NCBI GenBank assembly: GCA_963833575.1
Contig: CAWHXY010000004.1
Span: 768,001 to 832,000, forward strand
DNA length: 64,000 bases
Direction of reading: 5' to 3'
Source: Candidatus Bathyarchaeota archaeon
GTDB taxonomy: Archaea > Thermoproteota > Bathyarchaeia > Bathyarchaeales > Bathycorpusculaceae
Shown: positions 10,218 through 17,677 of the stretch, in pieces
Position numbering within the stretch: position 1 is the first letter of the stretch
Layout: the number at the start of each line of letters is the position of its first letter
The notes under the pieces: generated by a model
What the model saw: the letters and a program-made list of their open reading frames with translations, nothing else
Database searches by the model: none
Told to the model about the DNA's origin: nothing
Made by a program: the position numbers and the translations under genes

Positions 10218-11459
10218 TCAACAAGTTTCAGTTTGAGTTTTACGTGAGGGTTGCGGAGAATAGCTGATTAAGCGGTTAAATCGGGTGTCATCGTTAAACA
10301 CATCCTTGATTAGGCTTCTCGAGATTTCAAGCCGAATTTTTTTAGTTCGGCCATATCGTCCCATGCTCACAACTTTTGCATTCACAAGCCCCATAGAATC
10401 TAGCTCGTTGATTAGAGTACCCAAACGACGTTGTGTCAGAAGCCCAGAGCCCATTTCTCCGCACAATTCGTTGTAAACATCGTATATTTCGCCTGTCGTA
10501 GCGCTTGGCTTGTTCAAATGATAAACACTGAGAAGGACTAGTTTAGAGTGCAAGGTCAAATTCTTAAGAGACTCGACAACGCGGTTATGCTCTATATGTT
10601 TCTCTGCCTGACGCACATGCTCCTCAGTAACCACTGAAGCACCTTGCCGTTCAGCAACTTCTCCAGCGACACGCAACAAATCCAAAGCTCGCCTCGCGTC
10701 GCCATGTTCTGCAGCGGCCAAAGCTGCGCAAATGCTTAACGCCGAATCAGACAAAACACCATCTTGAAAAGATAGCCTTGAACGTTCAAGAAGAATATTT
10801 CGAAGTTCACCCGCATCATACGGTCTGAAAACTAGTTCTTCTTCGCTAAGAGAACTAAAAACCCTAGGATCCAAAAATTCCTTCAAACGAAGGTCATTGG
10901 ATATGCCAATTATTGCAACTTTGCTTCTAGACAGAGTTTCATTTATTCTAGTTAACTCGTACATGAAGGCATCTCCTTTATCTTTAATCAAAGCGTCGAT
11001 TTCATCGAGAATTATTATGAAAATTATTCTGGAAGAATCTAATGCAGCGCGGAATCTATCAAAAACTTCACCCACAGATAAACCTGTAAAAGGTATAGCC
11101 ATCCCAATATTCTGACTTAGAGCTGCGAAAACTCGATATTCCGAACCCGTCATTCGACAGTTTATGTAACAAAATTTTACTTGAGAACCATATTCTTTTG
11201 CCTTAGATTCTAAGTGACTCAATACGTATTTGGTTACTGCAGTTTTACCTGTTCCAGTTTTTCCGTAAATAAAAATGTTGGAGCATCTTTCATCTTTTAA
11301 AACTGGCGCAACAGTTTGTCCCAATAATTTTATTTGTTCTTCCCTGTGCGGTAATTTTTCTGGTAGATAATCATGCCTTAATACTTCTCGATCTTTAAAA
11401 AGCCGAAGGCCATTAACGAAATTTTCGAATACATCATCTAATATGCTTGGATTGCCCAT
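10218..11459 (-). CDS. cdc6: Orc1/Cdc6 replication initiator
   Basis: YLPEKLPHRE, GKTGTGKT, LDEID, HGDARRALDLLR and C-terminal wH with GRYGRTK. Confidence 0.97.
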   Translation of the reverse strand: MGNPSILDDVFENFVNGLRLFKDREVLRHDYLPEKLPHREEQIKLLGQTVAPVLKDERCSNIFIYGKTGTGKTAVTKYVLSHLESKAKEYGSQVKFCYINCRMTGSEYRVFAALSQNIGMAIPFTGLSVGEVFDRFRAALDSSRIIFIIILDEIDALIKDKGDAFMYELTRINETLSRSKVAIIGISNDLRLKEFLDPRVFSSLSEEELVFRPYDAGELRNILLERSRLSFQDGVLSDSALSICAALAAAEHGDARRALDLLRVAGEVAERQGASVVTEEHVRQAEKHIEHNRVVESLKNLTLHSKLVLLSVYHLNKPSATTGEIYDVYNELCGEMGSGLLTQRRLGTLINELDSMGLVNAKVVSMGRYGRTKKIRLEISRSLIKDVFNDDTRFNRLISYSPQPSRKTQTETC

Positions 11460-11606
11460 TTTCCCATCGCCTTAACTTCAGAGGTAGAACCGTTATTTCG
11501 TGTGGAGAAGATAAAGGATGCAGTACAAAAAACTAAATTCATAGCACAATATTCTAAAAGGATATGAAAAAATCAGATTGAAACTAATTAAATAAGGTGT
11601 AAGACA

Positions 11607-11628
11607 CACCCCAAAGCTTCTACTGGAA
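11607..11628 (-). promoter_or_regulatory. ORB box 1
   Basis: Reverse complement TTCCAGTAGAAGCTTTGGGGTG matches the ORB consensus with G-string. Confidence 0.85.
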
Positions 11629-11792
11629 AAAATTTGTCAGCTAAAAGAAAACCCATTATATATAATATTTAGTAACTATACTCTGACTACTAAATAGAGA
11701 GTTTGTATATTAATAATTGTTATCCATTTTTTTAGATAAAGATTCTTTTAAAATTATTTCGAAGATTTCTAAGCTTTCTTTTGACCTCAAGG

Positions 11793-11815
11793 CTCGAGAG
11801 GAAACATAGGGGTGG
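11793..11815 (+). promoter_or_regulatory. ORB box 2
   Basis: CTCGAGAGGAAACATAGGGGTGG, inverted relative to ORB1 across the AT-rich spacer. Confidence 0.75.
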
Positions 11816-11818
11816 CTC

Positions 11819-12238
11819 TTCACACGTATTTTCCATTGTTAATCAGTAATAACTTGGATTTTTTACAACCATAAACGTTTCAAGATTTTCGAGCTTGCCG
11901 CGATTCATCTTGTCTCACTGCAATTTCTATTTTCTTACTTCACAAAATTGTGAATACATGTGAAATAGCATTAATTTTGTCGCTTAATCACTTTCCTTTG
12001 TTCAAAAATTACCTATTTCTTGTCAGTTAACTGTGAACGGCCCACCCCTCAGCTTCTACTGGAGAACTGAAACCAAACACGAACTTTAGTTATTTAGCTA
12101 TTCGGATTTGCTGTGAAGCTGGTTATACCGAATTGGATGTAAATAGTGATCATTTAGCTAAAATAGCTGATTTTTTGCTTCTTTCAATTTTCTTGTTTCA
12201 CCATAACAGCTATAAGTTGTGAAGTGTAAAGCTGTGAA
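11819..12238. repeat. GTGAA/TTCAC pentamer cluster
   Basis: Copies at 11819, 11939, 11950, 11960, 12033, 12113, 12197, 12219, 12234. Confidence 0.55.
12042..12065 (-). promoter_or_regulatory. ORB box 3
   Basis: Reverse complement TCTCCAGTAGAAGCTGAGGGGTGG, near-identical to ORB1. Confidence 0.85.
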
Positions 12239-12260
12239 CTGTCCTTAAGGTGTAGACCCG

Positions 12261-12692
12261 ATGCCAGCTCGTAAAATTCGTGTGGAGCTGTTCGATAGCG
12301 ATGGTAATCGATATACCATTGCTTTCGAGGGTCAAGTAACCCGTGATAAAGCTCTACGCCTCTTAGACCTTGTCGAGTTGTTGGGCGGTGCACCGAGCGA
12401 AGGTCCTACTGTAAATGCAGGAGCTTCTTTACCAAGTCGAATTCTTTCACGTTTTGAAAAAGTTCAGTTGGTAGTTCAGAAGAGTTTTCCGTTGATTTGG
12501 TTTTCTTCAAAAGATATCCAATCTGTCTATGAGCAAGAACTTAAGGAGCCTGTTAGCCTAAGTACCGTTTCAACTTATCTTTCAAGGATGGCAAGCAAGG
12601 GGATGCTTCTAAGAACAGGTGGATCAAATAATTTGAAGTACAAATCTGCCCCAAGTATTCCTCAAACAGCTTTGAAGCCACGCATTAAATAA
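12261..12692 (+). CDS. Uncharacterised protein: small N-terminal domain + C-terminal winged helix
   Basis: WFSSKDIQSVYEQELKEPVSLSTVSTYLSRMASKGMLLR has a wHTH pattern. Confidence 0.8.
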   Translation: MPARKIRVELFDSDGNRYTIAFEGQVTRDKALRLLDLVELLGGAPSEGPTVNAGASLPSRILSRFEKVQLVVQKSFPLIWFSSKDIQSVYEQELKEPVSLSTVSTYLSRMASKGMLLRTGGSNNLKYKSAPSIPQTALKPRIK

Positions 12693-12754
12693 TTAGAATC
12701 AACAAGGGCAAGTGCAAGTTGAAAGAAGTGAGCAACAATACCTTTTTTAAAGTT

Positions 12755-13483
12755 TTATTCAGTTTGGCTATTTTCGGGTTTTCTTAGTAGCTTTTCCATT
12801 TCTTTTTTGATACTGTAGCTGAACGGTATTTTACCCACTTCCCTCTCCAAATAACCTTCTTCATAAAGTTTCTTCATAAGTCTAGCCGTGTGTTCTCTGC
12901 TAAGATGTACTCTATCTTTGATTTCCGGAGCGGTCTTGGGGCCTTCTGAAGACAACATTTCCAGGACGGCAATTTCTGTGTCAGTTAGTGTTGCCATAGC
13001 TTTATCACGTCTAATAGGTATAACGGGCTCAACTCTAATTTCGGGAGCAATCGTGAGCTTTTGAATTTGCTCTTCGAAGCCTACGATTTTTTTCTTCAAG
13101 CTTTCCTGTGATGATTCAATATCTTTAATCTTTGATTCTAAACCTGTTAGCCCTGACAGAATGCTTATGTTGTTTTGCGACTCAGATGCAATAACGGTTA
13201 TTTGTTTTTCAAGAGGTAGCATATTCTTTTCTAATGCATCTACTTTTCTAAGGCTGGTATCGGCTTTAGCCAAGTTTCCCTCAATCTTGAACGCAATTAA
13301 ATTTAGTTTATCAGCTTCCCTTTTCAGCTCTCGGTTAAAACTAAGGACAATATCTTCAACAAACCCTTTAGCTTTTTCATACTCTTTTTGGGCTTTGCGT
13401 ATTTCCCTATAGTACTCGACTGAAGCTACGATAGTCGCACTCAGTAAAACGCCTAATAGTATGGTTACAAAGTCAGCCGTGAT
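12755..13483 (-). CDS. Membrane-anchored coiled-coil protein with C-terminal MarR-like winged helix (N-terminally extended, non-canonical start)
   Basis: Frame stays open 75 codons upstream of the TTG at 13273, to a stop at 13499-13501; the extension encodes TM FVTILLGVLLSATIVASV and a coiled coil; C-terminal LTDTEIAVLEML...LSREHTARLMKKLYEEGYL. Confidence 0.8.
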   Translation of the reverse strand: MTADFVTILLGVLLSATIVASVEYYREIRKAQKEYEKAKGFVEDIVLSFNRELKREADKLNLIAFKIEGNLAKADTSLRKVDALEKNMLPLEKQITVIASESQNNISILSGLTGLESKIKDIESSQESLKKKIVGFEEQIQKLTIAPEIRVEPVIPIRRDKAMATLTDTEIAVLEMLSSEGPKTAPEIKDRVHLSREHTARLMKKLYEEGYLEREVGKIPFSYSIKKEMEKLLRKPENSQTE

Positions 13484-13777
13484 ATTCCCCTCTGTGATCT
13501 AAACGTGATTAGCGGTGATTTTATCGGTCGCATCACAGATCACAGTTATCTATGGACTTTTTAAGGTTTTTGGTGATCTATTTTGATGTTAACTATGATA
13601 TCACATGTCACAGCTGATTTATTAACTTAGACGTTGACTCAATTCATTGAAGATATACCCTTAATTCAAGCTTATTTTGACATTTAACGCCTAATATTGA
13701 TTACTGTTATATGGACTTAATTACTCCTTTCCAGATTGTTATTAAATGCTAAATTATCACGTGATTTGTGACATCAC
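13479..13777. repeat. GTGAT/ATCAC pentamer array 1
   Basis: 11 copies (13479, 13494, 13505, 13515, 13532, 13539, 13573, 13600, 13756, 13761, 13773) plus GTCAC 13607 and GTGAC 13768. Confidence 0.75.
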
Positions 13778-14253
13778 AAAGCCTCGTCTGATGGACTGGA
13801 AAGCCGTTTTAGGCTTGTTTCGAGCTCTTGGCGTATGATTTCTATCACTTTTAGATGGTCTTTTAATTCTTCTTCCTTGTTGGGTGTTTCTTGATGCGCA
13901 TCAACATATTCGTGCAGTTTGTTGGCTATTTCGAGATAGGGATCAAGAGTTGTGCTATCAAATACACCCAAATATCCCAAAAGCAGTACTGTATAGATGG
14001 ATTTTATAACGTTTTCTTTTGACTGTTTTAGTGTCCTGTTAAAGGATCCGCGGCTTATTTTAGCCTTAGTTAGTCGTAAGTTAGCTTTTTCGTCGTATTT
14101 TAGCTGTTTGCCCGATATATTTTCCGCTAAAATATCAATAAGCAATGTTTCAAGTTGAATTTTTGTTAATTGGCTGTTTTTAGCCAGTATTTTGACAATG
14201 GGGTCACTTATAGCTCCATTTAGCCAGGCTTGGACGCCGTCTTTTAACTTCAA
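13774..14253 (-). CDS. Uncharacterised helical, HTH-like protein
   Basis: 159-aa ORF; LTKIQLETLL...ISRGSFNRTLKQS resembles an HTH recognition helix. Confidence 0.75.
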   Translation of the reverse strand: MKLKDGVQAWLNGAISDPIVKILAKNSQLTKIQLETLLIDILAENISGKQLKYDEKANLRLTKAKISRGSFNRTLKQSKENVIKSIYTVLLLGYLGVFDSTTLDPYLEIANKLHEYVDAHQETPNKEEELKDHLKVIEIIRQELETSLKRLSSPSDEAL

Positions 14254-14645
14254 GTCGATCGCTTCCTCGTATTTCGAAATGGATACACTTTTGTATACTG
14301 CCTCGGCTTTTAAGGCTTATCCAAGTAAGAATTTGATTATTATTAGAATATAACTTGGAGAATAGAGCAGTAAATGTAAAAATAGGGCTGATTACTCTGT
14401 TTTTCAAGATTTGAGTCAACAATTGGTACAGTTAACAGATAAACGGCAAGATTATTGAAGCGTTTGTCAACGATTAATAGTAAAATTATACCAAAAAATG
14501 CATTATTGCTTACATCTTCTTCCACAAAATTACATTTGCTCCTCGAATATGCACAAAATCAGTCCATACTCCCTTGAATCATGTTAACTCTCGAGCACAT
14601 ACTTTTATCTCAGCTGATCAGAAGCACGGAGATTGAAGAATGCAT

Positions 14646-14737
14646 GTGACGTCACCAATAATAATGAAATAACCGTGATCTTAACTTAAAATCCTCGATA
14701 TCACAGCTTTGTGATGAGACTGTGATGCCTTTGTGAT
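14646..14737. repeat. GTGAT/ATCAC array 2 with exact 11-bp period
   Basis: ATCAC 14700, GTGAT 14711, 14722, 14733; also GTGAT 14675 and palindrome GTGACGTCAC 14646-14655. Confidence 0.75.
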
Positions 14738-14760
14738 TTTGAAATTTCATGAGTTAATTG

Positions 14761-15594
14761 TCAGAGACGCACTGAGTACTCTTTAAGTTGATCAAAAAGT
14801 TCAGGCCGCAAATCCCTCAGAGTAGGAATAAATGTTTCTGCTGTTCTTAAGTCGCTGTAATCTAATTCACAAATAACAAAATCTTCTTTGTCATACTTTG
14901 CCTTGGCAAGAACATCTCCAGATGGGCTAACCAATCTACTTCCCCCCCAAAATTGCAAACCATCTTGAACGCCTGCAAGGTTAACGTAGGCTAAATAGGC
15001 TGTATTTTCCAACGCTCTAGCGCATGTTAGTGTTTCAAAGTAGCTTTTACGTACTGCTGGAGATGCCGATATGCAAATGATTAATTGTGCCCCTTTCAAG
15101 CGTGTAAGCCTGACCACTTCGGGAAAGAAAATATCATAGCAAATGCATAATCCAATTGGACCTAAATCTGTTTGAAACGTCTCTGCCTGATAGCCTGGAC
15201 GGAAATACCTTTTTTCTTCAAAAACACTATGAGTTGGTAAATACATTTTTCGATATTTACCAATTAAACCATCGGGACCAATGAGAACTGCGGTATTGAA
15301 AATTGTTGCTTGCGTTTTCTCACTTAACTCTGGCATCCCAAAAATGATGTGCATCTTCGACTTCTTGGCTAACGTCTCTACTTTTTTCACCGTTGGTCCA
15401 GGAATGGTTTCCGCTAACTCGTAAAGTTGATCTCTGACAACGTACCCAGACAATGAAAGCTCTGGAAAGATAGCTAGATCCGCACCCTGCTCTTTTGCCC
15501 TTAATGTTAATTTTTCTATTTTCTGAAGATTAGCTTCTTTGTTTTCTCGTTTACTGCTTATTTGGGCGAGGGCAAGTTTGAATTTAGCTTTCAT
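14761..15594 (-). CDS. Carbon-nitrogen hydrolase (nitrilase family)
   Basis: FPEL, YRKMYL and ICYD give the Glu-Lys-Cys triad. Confidence 0.92.
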   Translation of the reverse strand: MKAKFKLALAQISSKRENKEANLQKIEKLTLRAKEQGADLAIFPELSLSGYVVRDQLYELAETIPGPTVKKVETLAKKSKMHIIFGMPELSEKTQATIFNTAVLIGPDGLIGKYRKMYLPTHSVFEEKRYFRPGYQAETFQTDLGPIGLCICYDIFFPEVVRLTRLKGAQLIICISASPAVRKSYFETLTCARALENTAYLAYVNLAGVQDGLQFWGGSRLVSPSGDVLAKAKYDKEDFVICELDYSDLRTAETFIPTLRDLRPELFDQLKEYSVRL

Positions 15595-15609
15595 GGTTTT
15601 TGTTCCTTT

Positions 15610-16452
15610 TCAATAAGTATGTCTTGGAAGCCTAAAATCGTTTCCTACCGTTCTAAATCCAATTTTCGGGGCGAGTGGCATTCTTCTCTTATGCTCATTT
15701 GATAGCCATCTACTCTTGACTTTATCAACTAAGGACTTCTGGATGCTTAGCTGATTGGCAATCTCTTCTGTCGCCATGAATCTTTCCAACCCATAGAGGA
15801 TAAGGTCTAACGTTTCATACTGAATTCCAAGTTCTGTCTCTGCAAGTTGATCTGGCCAAAGCGCAGGGGTTGAGGGTTTCAAGGCAAGCTCTTTGGGGAT
15901 TCCTAAATGAATTGCAAGATTTCGGACTTGTGTTTTGTACAAATCCATAATTGGCGCTATATCTGCGGCGACGTCTCCCCATTTGGTAAAGTAACCCATC
16001 ATCGTTTCAGATTTATCAGAGCTACCGGAAACAATTTTGTTAAACTTGTTAGCGTAATAATAAAGGTAAATCATTCTTGTCCTAGCTTTTATGTTACCTT
16101 TACACAGCCTATCTTTTGGATCAAACACCGGTATGGCTTTGTATAAGCAACCAAGAGCAGACGACATGTCACAGATCTGTGTTTGTAAATTGAATTTTTC
16201 TGCAACAAGCTTTGCGTCATCAATGTCCTTTTGATTAAAGTTTTCTTCTTCTGGAATCATAAGCCCTAGCACGTTGTCGCCACCTATTGCTCTGCTTGAA
16301 AGTGCGGCTATTGTTCCGCTATCAATTCCTCCGGAAAGCCCAAGTACTATTCCTTTGGCTCCTGCGTTTTCCACGTACTCCTTAATGAAGCGGCAGATTC
16401 TTTTTTCTGCTTCAGAGAAATCTACTGCTAATAATGACATTGTTAATTTCAA
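15610..16452 (-). CDS. nadE: NAD+ synthetase
   Basis: GLSGGIDS, GNIKARTRM, GYFTKWGD and KTQVR motifs. Confidence 0.95.
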   Translation of the reverse strand: MKLTMSLLAVDFSEAEKRICRFIKEYVENAGAKGIVLGLSGGIDSGTIAALSSRAIGGDNVLGLMIPEEENFNQKDIDDAKLVAEKFNLQTQICDMSSALGCLYKAIPVFDPKDRLCKGNIKARTRMIYLYYYANKFNKIVSGSSDKSETMMGYFTKWGDVAADIAPIMDLYKTQVRNLAIHLGIPKELALKPSTPALWPDQLAETELGIQYETLDLILYGLERFMATEEIANQLSIQKSLVDKVKSRWLSNEHKRRMPLAPKIGFRTVGNDFRLPRHTY

Positions 16453-16554
16453 TTAGTCTTCACTCAGCTCCATAATCTTGAGTTTGTAGGCAAGTATTTA
16501 AGGACAAGCATAAATATTAATTGACCATTACCATCAATTTGAAGGCTGTTATGT

Positions 16555-16821
16555 TTGGGGCGAAGAAGAAAAAAAGTTGTTCATATTCCTAAGAAACGTT
16601 TGCCAAAATTCTTCTCATGCCCGACATGCGGAAAAGAAACAGTTAAAGTTGAATTATTCAGGGAAGATGGTCATGCCGTTGCTCAATGTAGTAGCTGCGG
16701 TCTTAAAGAGGAGTTTCCAGTTAAGCATGCACAAGGCGAAGTTGACGTTTACTGCATGTTAACCGACCGAGTTTATAGTTCCATAAAAAAAACTCCTGTA
16801 AAGAACGTTAAAGAAGAATAA
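16555..16821 (+). CDS. elf1: Transcription elongation factor Elf1
   Basis: MGRRRKK...LPKFFSCPTCG...CSSCG...VDVY. Confidence 0.88.
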   Translation: MGRRRKKVVHIPKKRLPKFFSCPTCGKETVKVELFREDGHAVAQCSSCGLKEEFPVKHAQGEVDVYCMLTDRVYSSIKKTPVKNVKEE

Positions 16822-16837
16822 TCGAAGGATTATTGTT

Positions 16838-17590
16838 ATGCTAGGGCCGACCGAAAAATACTTGCTCGAAAAAATAAAAGCTGAAGGCTCAATTCACATA
16901 ACTCTAATCGACCCCGAAAAAGTAACAGTTCAACAAGCTGCCCACATTGCTGAAAACTCCAAAAACAGCGGAACAGCCGCCATAATGATTGGAGGCTCAA
17001 CATTTGCTTCTCAAACCCACCTTGATGACGTCGTAAAATCCATAAAGTCCTCAGTAAAACTTCCTACAATCCTTTTTCCAAATAACATCACAGGAATAAG
17101 TAGCTATGCAGATGCCATTTGGTTTATGTCTCTACTAAATTCAGTAGATCCTTACTTTCTAATGGGAGCCCAGATTTTAGGAGCCCCGCTTGTCAAAAGA
17201 TACGGTTTGGAACCTATTTCCATGGGTTATATAATAGTAGGCGACGGCGGTACCGCCGGTATTGTAGGAAAAGCAATATCAGTACCTTACTCTAAGCCTG
17301 AACTCGCAGCTGCTCATGCTCTTGCTGGCCAATACCTCGGGATGCGTTTCATTTATCTAGAAGGAGGTTCTGGAGCAGCACATCCTGTACCGCCTGAAAT
17401 GATTCGGGCAGTCAAACACTTGCTCGAAATTCCATTAATAGTGGGCGGGGGAATAAGAACTAAGGAACAAGCTATAGCTGCTGCAACAGCCGGCGCAGAC
17501 ATAATCGTCACAGGCAATATTACTGAGACTTCCGATGCAAAGCAACGAGTTTCTGAGATCATCGGAGCAATCAAAGCCGTCAAAGTTTAG
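16838..17590 (+). CDS. Geranylgeranylglyceryl phosphate synthase
   Basis: LIDPEK, MIGGST, SLLNS, YLEGGSG and VGGGIR motifs. Confidence 0.93.
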   Translation: MLGPTEKYLLEKIKAEGSIHITLIDPEKVTVQQAAHIAENSKNSGTAAIMIGGSTFASQTHLDDVVKSIKSSVKLPTILFPNNITGISSYADAIWFMSLLNSVDPYFLMGAQILGAPLVKRYGLEPISMGYIIVGDGGTAGIVGKAISVPYSKPELAAAHALAGQYLGMRFIYLEGGSGAAHPVPPEMIRAVKHLLEIPLIVGGGIRTKEQAIAAATAGADIIVTGNITETSDAKQRVSEIIGAIKAVKV

Positions 17591-17677
17591 CTAAAGTATT
17601 TTCTTTTGCCTTTTTGTTTAGTTTTTAGAAAGCCAAAATAACCCATTACTCTATATCTTGCCAAGAGAAGTTACGCT

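Larger units (their letters stand above)
11607..12065. other. Predicted replication origin oriC (three ORB boxes + AT-rich DUE)
   Basis: 800-bp intergenic region upstream of cdc6; ORB-like TTCCAGTAGAAGC-N3-GGGGTG on minus (11607-11628), CTCGAGAGGAAAC-N3-GGGGTGG on plus (11793-11815), CTCCAGTAGAAGC-N3-GGGGTGG on minus (12042-12065); very AT-rich 11629-11790. Confidence 0.88.

Noticed and set aside
14204-14525. Short ORFs upstream of 13774
   Set aside because: AT-rich, overlapping each other, no motifs or SD; likely non-coding
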